Shown: one piece after another, positions 35,013-43,450 of the stretch | How the letters are laid out: every line of letters starts with the position of its first letter | Numbering within the stretch: the stretch's first letter is position 1 | IMG/VR virus record: IMGVR_UViG_3300021976_000019 | Span: 1 to 53,071 of that record | Strand: one strand, 5' to 3' | DNA: 53,071 nucleotides | Origin: a virus | Taxonomy: Duplodnaviria > Caudoviricetes | Made by a program: the position numbers and the translations under genes | The notes under the pieces: model-generated | Told to the model about the DNA's origin: nothing | The model's input: only the letters and a program-made list of their open reading frames with translations | Database searches by the model: none

Positions 35013-35015
35013 AAG

Positions 35016-35166
35016 CACCCATCAGGACCACCAGACAAAGGGGCGAGGACCCGAAATGCCGCTCTACCAGGTACTGCTGCGGCGAACACGGGAGCCTTGA
35101 CCACCGTATCGGATTCGAACCAATTAGTTAACGGATCGCTCATCGGTCTGGAAATCCTGAAGGGTG
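35016..35166 (-). ncRNA. Y RNA unit 4, degenerate permuted tRNA mimic
   Basis: CCAGACCGA...TTTGTCTGG helix; T arm ATTGG-TTCGAAT-CCGAT, then a D-like hairpin containing TGGTAGAGC. Confidence 0.78.
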
Positions 35167-35246
35167 GAGAGATGGAGACAAGGAAACGAATGCCGGGGAT
35201 TCTCTGCAATGGTAAGATAACCGACTTTCAGCGGTCTCCACCTCTC
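35167..35246 (-). ncRNA. Y RNA unit 5, minimal (80 nt)
   Basis: GAGAGGTGGAGACCG...CTTGTCTCCATCTCTC helix with a short insert and no T loop. Confidence 0.72.
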
Positions 35247-35264
35247 AACCTTCAGTTGCTAAGA

Positions 35265-35372
35265 CAGAGACAAGGAATGCCAACCGGGGTTTAATCTGGG
35301 ACCACCCAACGACGGGATCGAACCGCCCGACTCTCATTCAAAGGGAGTTAACCGATTATGCTTCGGTCTCTG
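35265..35372 (-). ncRNA. Y RNA unit 6
   Basis: CAGAGACCGA...CTTGTCTCTG helix; anticodon-arm-like hairpin, T arm GGCGG-TTCGATC-CCGTC and short TGGG-TGGT-CCCA hairpin. Confidence 0.78.
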
Positions 35373-35413
35373 CTTCAGCGTTCACTGTTGAGTTGTTTGG
35401 TGGTGCAGACGTT

Positions 35414-35443
35414 ACTCTAGTACTGCCAGTTGTCAGGTGTCAA
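35414..35443 (-). promoter_or_regulatory. sigma-A/sigma70-type promoter of the Y RNA-rsr operon
   Basis: TTGACA-18 nt-TAGAGT, about 40 nt upstream of unit 6. Confidence 0.75.
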
Positions 35444-35456
35444 GAAGGTTTTCTGG

Positions 35457-36053
35457 TCAGATCACTTCGGCTTCGAGGCCAGCACCGACGGCGAAGGTTG
35501 CGGCCTCACGCGGGGTCTCGAAGGTCGTGACCCAGTTGGTGCCTCGGACGTAGTACTTGTACCGGGTTCCCTCCATCTTGCCCAGGAAATCTCCCAGGAG
35601 CGTATCGACCTGGGCCAGGCAATCGTCCTTGATCACGTAGAGGCCCGCAGTCTGGGCGTCGTCGTTCTGGAAGTCGCCACCGCTGGCGCAGTCACCCTCC
35701 TTCTCGGACACAGCCATGGGGTAGGCACCGACGAATCCCTCACGTGCCTCGGCGTAGGTCAGGTAGGTGGATGGCGGCTGCGGCGACGGCGTCTCGGGAA
35801 TCGGGGTCTCAGCGACTGGCGTCTCGGGCGGGGGCACATACGGAGTGGGGGAAGCCGCGGGGGCGATGGGCACCGTGGTCCTCGACTGAGCCACCTGGAG
35901 AGCGAGATAGGAAACCAGAGCGACGAGGAGGAGAGCGGCCACCGCGATCACGATGATCTTCGCCACGGGACTCTTCTTCGGCGGGACCGGCGGCTGCTGT
36001 GGGTACTGCGGCTGTACGGGCGGCTGGGGCGCCCCGTACTGGGGCTGGGACAT
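35457..36053 (-). CDS. membrane-anchored protein, Pro/Gln-rich N-terminus
   Basis: 198 aa, single TM helix, Pro/Thr linker, AAGGAGG RBS. Confidence 0.75.
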   Translation of the reverse strand: MSQPQYGAPQPPVQPQYPQQPPVPPKKSPVAKIIVIAVAALLLVALVSYLALQVAQSRTTVPIAPAASPTPYVPPPETPVAETPIPETPSPQPPSTYLTYAEAREGFVGAYPMAVSEKEGDCASGGDFQNDDAQTAGLYVIKDDCLAQVDTLLGDFLGKMEGTRYKYYVRGTNWVTTFETPREAATFAVGAGLEAEVI

Positions 36054-36097
36054 GTGATTGGCCTCCTTGGGAAGCTCACGCGATGTGGGCTACCTGC

Positions 36098-36126
36098 AGG
36101 ATGAGCTTCTAATTTCGGTTTGTCAA
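36098..36126 (-). promoter_or_regulatory. sigma-A-like promoter
   Basis: TTGACA-AACCGAAATTAGAAGCT-CATCCT (17-nt spacer). Confidence 0.6.
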
Positions 36127-36135
36127 CTACAACGG

Positions 36136-36180
36136 AAAAACAGAGTGGGCCGAGAGAAATTTCCACTCGACCCACTCTGT
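36136..36180 (-). terminator. intrinsic terminator
   Basis: ACAGAGTGGGTCGAG/CTCGGCCCACTCTGT stem followed by TTTT. Confidence 0.8.
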
Positions 36181-36192
36181 GTCAAGGCACGA

Positions 36193-37242
36193 TCAGAAGT
36201 AGGGAAGCCAGCGGTTCCGCTCTCCGTCGGACTTGCAGATGTAGGTGTTCCCGTTCCGCGGGTCGAGGCCGCGCTTGCCGACATCAGAGGCCTTGCAGAA
36301 GGCACCACCACGGATCGGACCGTCGACCAGCTCGGGCTCCTTCTCCGGCTTGGGCTCCTTGGTCTTCTTCGGCTTGGGTGCGGACTCCTCGGTGTCAGAG
36401 TCCGGATCGGGAACCTTGGCATCATCCGCGGTTGGCGGACGCTGGCCCTCACACCCGCCCAGGATCTCAGCCATCTTGTCGTGCTCGGCCTTGGTAACCC
36501 ACAGCTCGAACTCGGCCTTCACCGCGATCTGTCGGGATACGTAATCACAACGGATGCCCTTCGCCGGGGGAAGCCACGTGGCGGCGTCTCCGTCGCCCTT
36601 GGACGCGTTGGTAGGGCCGTCGACGGCGAGCAGGTTCAGGAACGAGTTAGCGAACTCCTCACGCCTGCCCTCGTCCCACTGCTGAGCGCCCTTCTGCCAG
36701 GCATCAGAGAGGGCCACCACGTGATCGATCTGGACCTCGCTGGCGTCGGCCTTCTCGAAGTCGATCTCCTCACCTGTGTACGGGTCCTTCAGCGTGCCCT
36801 CGATCACGACGCAGCCGTCAGAGTTGTATCGCGTGACGATGTCAGTCAGGTCCCGGCGGAGCACATCATCACGCTGCCCACAGCCGTTGCGGTCGATGTC
36901 CTTCCAGCTCTGACCGAACTCGTTCCGATCGTAACCAGTCTTCGGGGCGCGTCCCTTGACCTCAAGGCTCGCCAGCTGTGCCAACGAAGTGCCGGGCTCA
37001 GGATCAGGCTCCGTCGGTGTAGGAGTTGGTGTCGCGCTAGGAGCCGCGATGGTCTCTGTGGGCGTCGGCGTGGGAGTAGGCGCCGCGGAGATGGTCGTCA
37101 CAGGCGCGTTCGAAGTCAACGAACCGATCACGAGGGCGGTACACCCCCCGAACAAGAGCAGCAGAGCCCCACCAACCACGACCAGAACGATCAGCCAAGT
37201 GGGCCACTTATTCTTGGGCGGAGCCGGGACAGGGTGCGACAT
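36193..37242 (-). CDS. membrane-anchored HNH/DUF1524-family nuclease
   Basis: TM helix, PT linker, GYDRNEFG-x-xW, IDHVVALSDAW and NLLAVDGPTNASKGD; start after AAAGGAG. Confidence 0.85.
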   Translation of the reverse strand: MSHPVPAPPKNKWPTWLIVLVVVGGALLLLFGGCTALVIGSLTSNAPVTTISAAPTPTPTPTETIAAPSATPTPTPTEPDPEPGTSLAQLASLEVKGRAPKTGYDRNEFGQSWKDIDRNGCGQRDDVLRRDLTDIVTRYNSDGCVVIEGTLKDPYTGEEIDFEKADASEVQIDHVVALSDAWQKGAQQWDEGRREEFANSFLNLLAVDGPTNASKGDGDAATWLPPAKGIRCDYVSRQIAVKAEFELWVTKAEHDKMAEILGGCEGQRPPTADDAKVPDPDSDTEESAPKPKKTKEPKPEKEPELVDGPIRGGAFCKASDVGKRGLDPRNGNTYICKSDGERNRWLPYF

Positions 37243-37285
37243 GGATTGGTCTCCTTTGGGTGGTGTCGCTCTCTGCGACTCCAAA

Positions 37286-37315
37286 AGGATGACATATCTA
37301 GTTTCGGTGTGTCAA
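37286..37315 (-). promoter_or_regulatory. sigma-A-like promoter, near copy of 36098-36126
   Basis: TTGACA-CACCGAAACTAGATATGT-CATCCT (18-nt spacer). Confidence 0.6.
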
Positions 37316-38257
37316 GTCCGACGTGTCGGCTCCGCAGACTGGGCACTTCCCCGCGGCCCGCAGGTGCTCGTCGTACTCAATCTCCATCACCGCGATCTGC
37401 TCCTTGAGGCTCCGCACGGTGCCAGCCTGCTCCTGGATCGACCGCTTCAAGCTCTGGGCTGAGCTACGGGCCAGCTCGACCTTCTTCAGCACGGCGTTCA
37501 AGATCACGACCTCTTCCAGCAGCTTCGACACGTCAGGGGGCTCCACGGCTTCCAGCTCAGCCAGCGCGGTGCTGGCCTTCGCGATCTCTCCTACGGTACG
37601 CCGAAGACTTCGGAGACTTTCCTCCAGCTGCGACAACTCAGCCAGCTGCTCCTCCGCGGCGATGACCTGTTTCTTGCGGGCCGGGAGGTCGGCGAACTCC
37701 TTGATCCGGCCACGGTAGGACTCCACATCGACCTTGCGGACCCGGAGGGTGGAGGAGGCTTCACCACGGCGCCGGTTGGCCTCTCTGACGGCGGCGTGCA
37801 GCAGGGAGACGTTGGTGAGGGAGCCGATCACCTGAGCGGCCTGAGAGCCTGTCTCGGCCAGCAGGAAGGGTCTGTCGAACTGGAAGCTGAAGGTCACGTC
37901 GGTGTCGGCGATGAGGGGAACTCGTGCGATTTTCGCAACACCGTCCGGAACCGTCCGGCCGGACTTAGTGAAGGTCTCCTCGGTCTCGCCGTTGATCAGA
38001 CGGTAGGTACTCAGTGACTTCCCACGCTCGATCCGCACCGTGGGCCCGTCGTCGAACTCCACGTCGATCACAGCCTTGGCCGACCCCTGGCGGACGTTGG
38101 CCGGGACGATCGTGTTCCGCAGGCACGCGCGCAGGGCGCGCAGGAAGGCACTCTTACCGCTGCTGCTTCTGCCTACCAGGACCGTAAAAGATCCGAACGA
38201 GACCTTGGCGTCCTTGATCGACTGGAAGTCGCGGACGTGCGCTGATGAAACCTTCAC
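37298..38257 (-). CDS. SbcC/Rad50-like ATPase, N-terminal half
   Basis: DFQSI, Walker A GRSSSGKS, Q-loop FQFD, coiled coil ending in zinc hook CPVCG. Confidence 0.82.
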   Translation of the reverse strand: MKVSSAHVRDFQSIKDAKVSFGSFTVLVGRSSSGKSAFLRALRACLRNTIVPANVRQGSAKAVIDVEFDDGPTVRIERGKSLSTYRLINGETEETFTKSGRTVPDGVAKIARVPLIADTDVTFSFQFDRPFLLAETGSQAAQVIGSLTNVSLLHAAVREANRRRGEASSTLRVRKVDVESYRGRIKEFADLPARKKQVIAAEEQLAELSQLEESLRSLRRTVGEIAKASTALAELEAVEPPDVSKLLEEVVILNAVLKKVELARSSAQSLKRSIQEQAGTVRSLKEQIAVMEIEYDEHLRAAGKCPVCGADTSDLTHRN

Positions 38258-38261
38258 ACCC

Positions 38262-38289
38262 TGTATCCGGGTGGTTGGGGGTGGATCAG
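38262..38289 (-). promoter_or_regulatory. CTGATCC-N10-ACCCGGATACA motif (candidate promoter)
   Basis: Same 28-nt pattern at 47989-48016; both copies precede DNA-metabolism genes. Confidence 0.5.
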
Positions 38290-41200
38290 GCGATGATGAC
38301 CAAGGTCCCGTCGTCGTAGACGTTGTCCTCGAAGAGGTTGCCGTTAGCGTCGAGCCAGCCAGTGGTCGTCCCGATCACTCCGGTGAACCCACCCACATTC
38401 TTTTGGAAGACGTTACGGCGGACAATCACGTTGGTCGGGTTGGACCCGAACGGCTTGGCTGGGTTGTAGCCCAAGCTGATTCCGTAGGCGCCAGGCGTGG
38501 CCTTGAGGAAGGAATCCTCAACCAACACATTGGCGATGGGTCCGAAATCGCCGAAGAACGAACAGTCGGTGGAGACACCACCGCCGAAGCCGTTGTCCTC
38601 CTGGTTGGCGTGCATGACGCAGCGGCGGACGGTGATCCCGTCACCACCGTTGGACAGGAACGCGTTCTCATGCCAGTCGGACTCGGGACCGAGATACTGG
38701 TCGTACATCCAGGTGTCTTCGACGAGAGTGTTGCTGCCGCCGATAACGGTGTTCGCGCCTCCGTGCAAGTTGCACCAACGGATGGTGATGTTGCCATATC
38801 CGACGCAGGGGACGTTGGCATTCCCGGCGTAGATCTCGCTGTACTCGATGACACAGTCACGGTCGAGCCCAATCGGGTCGCAGTCGATCCGGCCGATGAT
38901 GTTGCAGCGGGTGATCGTAATGTGGGCACCCGCGGCGACCTGGTAATGGCCAACCATCGTCTTGCTGTCGATGGTCTGGGTGCCGGTCAGGGTGGTGCCA
39001 CCGACATACGGGGTGAGGGAAACTCCCGTAGGCTGCCAACCGACCTGGGACAGCGCAGGCCATGGAGTCTTGATCCGGAACGCCGCACCGACCATCCGCC
39101 GGGTATCGGCCACCTTGGAACCGACGACAGCGAGCGCGGTACCGGACACTGTCTTCAACTTGATGGTGCCGAGCTGGCGCTCGTAGCTGGCTCGAACCTC
39201 TCCCGTGGCGCCGTTGACGGCTTCCCACGTCACATGGACAGTGTCTCCGGAATCAGCGAACTTCAGACGGCTGTAGGAGGCTCCACCGTCACCTGTAGTG
39301 ATCGAAGCGATGTCCCAGTTGCCAGTGTCCCAGAGGGTGTTGGAGCCCTGGTCGAAGCCAGACGCGTTGAGGGTGGGGACACCGATGAAGTTGTGGTGTG
39401 GTGAACCGTCCTCGGGACGACCGACCGTGCGGGTGCCGGAGTCGGCTTTGATGTCGTGGGAATCGCCGCCGACCATGATCAATCGCTTACGGATGCCGGG
39501 CTTGGTGGAGATCCACGCGTCCAGTGCCGCGGTCTCGTCCTCGAAGCTGTTCCAGCGGCCGTTGTGAGCGTTGTGGTTGGGGAAGCTGCAGAACCAGACG
39601 ATCACCGGTTCGGTGGCTGCCTCCAGGGTGTCCTTGATCCACTCGATCTGGGTCGGACCAAACATATCTCCCGTGTCGGGGGCGATATCGGGGTCGTCGC
39701 GCAAGGTCCAGGCGTCGGTGTGGATGAAGCGCACCCGACCGATCCGCCAGGTCCGGTACTGGGCGTCGGAGACGGGGTAGGCCGCGGTCCCCGCCAACTC
39801 CCGGAACCGGGTGACGGTCAGTGCGTTGGTGGTGCCGTTGTTGACCTCGTCGGTGTCCACGTCGTCGTTGGAGATCCGGTCGTGGTTGTCCCAGATGTAG
39901 TCCATCGGGAGGTCCTTCATCAGCGTCTTCATGTTCGCCGTGGTGAGCGAGGAGAGCATGCCTGCACGCCAGGCGGTCTCGTCCAGCGCATCGGCGTAGT
40001 GGATGTCTCCCATGTGACAGAGGAACCGCGCGTTCTCGGTGGCGACCCGCGCCAAGGAGGCGTGGTTCGATCCGGTCTGCTGGCAGGACCCGGCGATCAC
40101 GGTGAAGTTGGGGACATCCGGGCCGGTGGTGTAGCCGGTGAGTTGGTAGTCGGTCTGCAGGACACCGTCGATCTCGAAGCCAATGAAGTACTTGGTGTTG
40201 GCCGTCAGACCAGTGGCGCGTGCGGTAGCCCAGTTGCTGGAAGCGATCGTGCCATCGAAGTAGTCCGGGTCGGTCAGCGCCGAATCGGTCGCCACGGCGA
40301 TCCGCAAAGCGTCCCCCTGGGTGAGGATCGCACCGACCTGGATGTTGGTGTCGTCGAAGCTCGGCATGAAGGCTGTAGTGACGATCCCCGCGTCGGCGGC
40401 CTGATAGGGCTTCAGCGTCAACGTCAAAGCGAGCGCGTTACCGGAGGCACCGTTGAAGGTGGTGGTGACCGCGGGGATCGAGGTCGACGGAATGGCACTC
40501 GTGGAACAGATGTTCGAGCAGACGTTGCCCGCGTCGGCCGACTTGCCGTAGGCGTCGAGGAAGAAGTCGAAGCCGGTGGCGGCGATCGAAGCGACCGCGG
40601 AGGCTGCCGCGGCCCGGCAGGTCGCCAGGTGCATTGAGTAGCGCGGGAGGGCGTCGGCGGTCATCGCAGCGGCGGTGACAAAGGTCTGGGAGACACCACC
40701 ACGGGTGCCGTAGGTGCCGATGTCTTCGATCCCGGAGATCATCGTGCCGTCGAGGAAGTACATCCCGACCCAGAGCTTGGAGTAGGTCCCGTTACCGATG
40801 TCGATATTGACCGTGGAGCCGCCGGTGTACTGCTTGGCCAGCACGCAGGTCCACATGTTGTTGGCCTGGGTCTCGGTCAGGACGGTCTGCCAGCCAGTCC
40901 TGGTCAACGTGGTGGTCGCGCCTGTGGACCACGAGATGTTGGCAACGATCCAGTCGCCTACCTCGATTCCGGCCGGGACAGTGATCGGAACCGTGTACTG
41001 GCCGGGGGCAGCAGCATCCGGGTTCTGGCCGTAGGCGGAAGCCAGGAACGGGGTCTTGCGGGTCTCGATGTCCACCCAGTACTGACCTTGGTTGAACTGG
41101 GCGTTGGGGAATCCGATGGACGCTCCGTAAAAGAACGAGCCCTGATCGGAGATGGAATCGGGGGAAGAAGGAGCAGTCAGGTACTCATTGGTGATGCCAG

Positions 41201-41567
41201 AACCACCAGGTCCGGAGGAGAAGTAGCTACCGGTAGCGACGTATCCAGCCGCGGGGTGGAAAACAGCCGCCTTATAGCGCTTGGCTGGGTCAAGCAGGAC
41301 CGTGTCGAGGATCTTGTGGCGTTGCCATCCGGAGCCGGACGGGGTGAGAGACCCGGAGTAAAGCAAGGTGCCGGTGTTGCCGTCGCCAGTGATCTCATAG
41401 ATCGCACAGGTGCGGGCAGACGAGGAGACAGTTCCAGTGGTGGGTTGGAAGTACCAGACGCCAGCGGCCTCGGACCGCTCGGTGACGAAGAACTCCAGGC
41501 CAAGGGTGACCGGATCGTCCACCTCACCAACTGTCGGAGGAGACGCCCCGGCGAAGAGACGTACCAC
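38286..41567 (-). CDS. multidomain tail-associated protein: DUF4082-like, PhoD-like phosphoesterase and beta-helix
   Basis: VTLGLEF...YWVD N-domain; GSC, MGDIHYAD, WDNHD and GDSH metal motifs; C-terminal parallel beta-helix-like repeats. Confidence 0.72.
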   Translation of the reverse strand: MVRLFAGASPPTVGEVDDPVTLGLEFFVTERSEAAGVWYFQPTTGTVSSSARTCAIYEITGDGNTGTLLYSGSLTPSGSGWQRHKILDTVLLDPAKRYKAAVFHPAAGYVATGSYFSSGPGGSGITNEYLTAPSSPDSISDQGSFFYGASIGFPNAQFNQGQYWVDIETRKTPFLASAYGQNPDAAAPGQYTVPITVPAGIEVGDWIVANISWSTGATTTLTRTGWQTVLTETQANNMWTCVLAKQYTGGSTVNIDIGNGTYSKLWVGMYFLDGTMISGIEDIGTYGTRGGVSQTFVTAAAMTADALPRYSMHLATCRAAAASAVASIAATGFDFFLDAYGKSADAGNVCSNICSTSAIPSTSIPAVTTTFNGASGNALALTLTLKPYQAADAGIVTTAFMPSFDDTNIQVGAILTQGDALRIAVATDSALTDPDYFDGTIASSNWATARATGLTANTKYFIGFEIDGVLQTDYQLTGYTTGPDVPNFTVIAGSCQQTGSNHASLARVATENARFLCHMGDIHYADALDETAWRAGMLSSLTTANMKTLMKDLPMDYIWDNHDRISNDDVDTDEVNNGTTNALTVTRFRELAGTAAYPVSDAQYRTWRIGRVRFIHTDAWTLRDDPDIAPDTGDMFGPTQIEWIKDTLEAATEPVIVWFCSFPNHNAHNGRWNSFEDETAALDAWISTKPGIRKRLIMVGGDSHDIKADSGTRTVGRPEDGSPHHNFIGVPTLNASGFDQGSNTLWDTGNWDIASITTGDGGASYSRLKFADSGDTVHVTWEAVNGATGEVRASYERQLGTIKLKTVSGTALAVVGSKVADTRRMVGAAFRIKTPWPALSQVGWQPTGVSLTPYVGGTTLTGTQTIDSKTMVGHYQVAAGAHITITRCNIIGRIDCDPIGLDRDCVIEYSEIYAGNANVPCVGYGNITIRWCNLHGGANTVIGGSNTLVEDTWMYDQYLGPESDWHENAFLSNGGDGITVRRCVMHANQEDNGFGGGVSTDCSFFGDFGPIANVLVEDSFLKATPGAYGISLGYNPAKPFGSNPTNVIVRRNVFQKNVGGFTGVIGTTTGWLDANGNLFEDNVYDDGTLVIIA

Positions 41568-41569
41568 AG

Positions 41570-43075
41570 CTACACCAGCCTCTGGATGATGATTCCTCCG
41601 GTGGGCACGCCGGAATCGTCGTCCTCAGGCCCCAGCACGTAGAAGTTGATCGCCTCCTGGGCTTCGGCGAAGTCGGCACCTGCAGCGATCACCACCGGCT
41701 TGTTTTCAATCTCATCCCAGTCGGAGGCTCCGGACGCACCGGTTGCACCCGTGGCTCCGGTAGCGCCGGTGGGGCCAGCCGGGCCGGTCTCACCTTGCTC
41801 ACCGGCTGGACCAGTTGCTCCGGTCGCACCGGTGGCTCCAGGTGCTCCGTCTTCGCCGTCGGCACCGTCAGCTCCGGCCGGACCAGTCGATCCGGTAGCG
41901 CCAGTCGAACCAGTTGCTCCGGTAGGGCCAGTTGCGCCAGTCGCTCCGGCAACGCCTTGCTCACCGGCTGGACCAGTTGCTCCGGTAGGGCCAACAATGG
42001 ACCCGAGATCGATGAAGGCCGGGTTGGACCAAACGTGCAAATGGTCGTCGTCCTCGGTCTTCCACGCCTTGCCGTTGTCGTCCGCGTCAAGACCACCAGG
42101 CAGGGAGGCAGCGTCGGCAACTGTGCCGACCACGGTGAAGCCCGTGCCCGCGGGTCCCTCAGGACCGGTAGCTCCGGTCGAGCCCGTGGGTCCAGTCGGT
42201 CCTGCGGGGCCGTCTACGCCCTGTGGGCCCTGGATACCGGGGTCACCCTTGATTCCCTGAGGACCCGTGGGTCCAGTCGGTCCAGTGGCACCTGTAGATC
42301 CTGCAGGGCCAGTGGAGCCGGTGGCACCAGTAGCCCCCGTAGTGCCAGTGGGGCCAGCGACTCCCTGGGGACCAGCCGGGCCGGTCGATCCGGTGGCACC
42401 AGTCGTGCCGGTGGGGCCGGTAGGACCAGTTGGTCCCGTGGGACCTTCCGGGCCCTGCACCTGACCGATGGAGATGAAGTGATCGCCGTTCACCCAGATG
42501 TACAGCTCCAGGTCGGCCTCAACCATGTAGCCGAATCCGTTGTCGTCCGCGGTGAGGTCGTCAGGCAGATCGTCGACAGTGGCGACCGTGTCGATCACCT
42601 GGATCGGTGGGCCGGGTACTCCTTGAGGACCGGTGAGGCCAGTGGGACCGGTGGGGCCCGCGATGACGACCAGGCCCTGGGTGGAACCCTCCACGGCCAG
42701 TGCATCACCAATGTTGAGGGGAGATCCGTCACCCAACGGAACGGCGATGACCACCCCACCACCCGGCAGGACCGAGTGGTTGATCCTGATCGAGACATCG
42801 CCGACCAGGTCGGGGTCGTTGTAAACGATGACCTCGGCCCACCACTTACCCTGCGTTCCCTCGCCAACATCGCCCGTAGTCAGGATGGCCGGGCGGTCCT
42901 TAGCAAACAGCGTCGCCTTCTGAGTCACCGCGTAGTAGGGCGTGCCCAGGTGGGTGACTGTTGGTGGAGACGTGATCGGGTCGCCATAGACATCGATCCA
43001 CTGAGCCCAGATGATCCGAGTGGAGACTGAAGGAACACCAGGGACATTAGGAGTCGGGTCAGGCGGGATGGTCAC
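41570..43075 (-). CDS. collagen-like (Gly-X-Y) minor tail fibre
   Basis: Long GPT/GAT triplet runs interrupted by two copies of a V-x-xTVA...LP...ADDNG...L-x-xW domain. Confidence 0.85.
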   Translation of the reverse strand: MTIPPDPTPNVPGVPSVSTRIIWAQWIDVYGDPITSPPTVTHLGTPYYAVTQKATLFAKDRPAILTTGDVGEGTQGKWWAEVIVYNDPDLVGDVSIRINHSVLPGGGVVIAVPLGDGSPLNIGDALAVEGSTQGLVVIAGPTGPTGLTGPQGVPGPPIQVIDTVATVDDLPDDLTADDNGFGYMVEADLELYIWVNGDHFISIGQVQGPEGPTGPTGPTGPTGTTGATGSTGPAGPQGVAGPTGTTGATGATGSTGPAGSTGATGPTGPTGPQGIKGDPGIQGPQGVDGPAGPTGPTGSTGATGPEGPAGTGFTVVGTVADAASLPGGLDADDNGKAWKTEDDDHLHVWSNPAFIDLGSIVGPTGATGPAGEQGVAGATGATGPTGATGSTGATGSTGPAGADGADGEDGAPGATGATGATGPAGEQGETGPAGPTGATGATGATGASGASDWDEIENKPVVIAAGADFAEAQEAINFYVLGPEDDDSGVPTGGIIIQRLV

Positions 43076-43101
43076 GACGTGCTCCCTATGTCAGTGATGG
43101 C

Positions 43102-43152
43102 GTCTCACCAGCCCGCTGCCGGGGTTGTTGGCCAGGAGCGGGCTTGTGAGAC
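43102..43152 (-). terminator. long intergenic stem-loop
   Basis: GTCTCAC-x-AGCCCGCT...AGCGGGCT-x-GTGAGAC inverted repeat; no U tail. Confidence 0.45.
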
Positions 43153-43174
43153 TCCAAAAGATTGAAGAGGGACC

Positions 43175-43450
43175 TCAGTCCCGCTTCAGGTACCCGAAGG
43201 ACTCCCCGCCGAGATTCGGATTGGCCTCACGAGTCACAGCCTTGGTCTGGTCCTCGTCCCGCTTCCGCTGGTCCTCGCGGGCCTGCTTGATCGCATCCTC
43301 GGAAGGGCCGTCGGAGTTCGAGCTGGACTCCGCCTGAGCCTGCTGAGCCTCGGTCGGATTGGCCGACGGCTCGGCCATCGGGTTCGCCTGACCGGAGACC
43401 TCCGACTCAGGAGTCACGTCAGACGGGGCTTCGTTGGTTCCTCTTGCCAT
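43175..43450 (-). CDS. hypothetical low-complexity protein
   Basis: ATG at 43450 after GAGGAGG; preceded by GCCGATACT at 43494. Confidence 0.6.
   Translation of the reverse strand: MARGTNEAPSDVTPESEVSGQANPMAEPSANPTEAQQAQAESSSNSDGPSEDAIKQAREDQRKRDEDQTKAVTREANPNLGGESFGYLKRD

Noticed and set aside
34504-35294. Short ORFs across the ncRNA array
   Set aside because: No RBS or recognisable motifs; the region is explained by RNA structures
34587-35372. CRISPR array
   Set aside because: The units are self-complementary structured RNAs with short shared motifs and variable lengths, not identical direct repeats with spacers; there is no cas operon
41720-42660. 9-bp periodic DNA repeats as a non-coding repeat element
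   Set aside because: Fully explained by collagen Gly-X-Y coding
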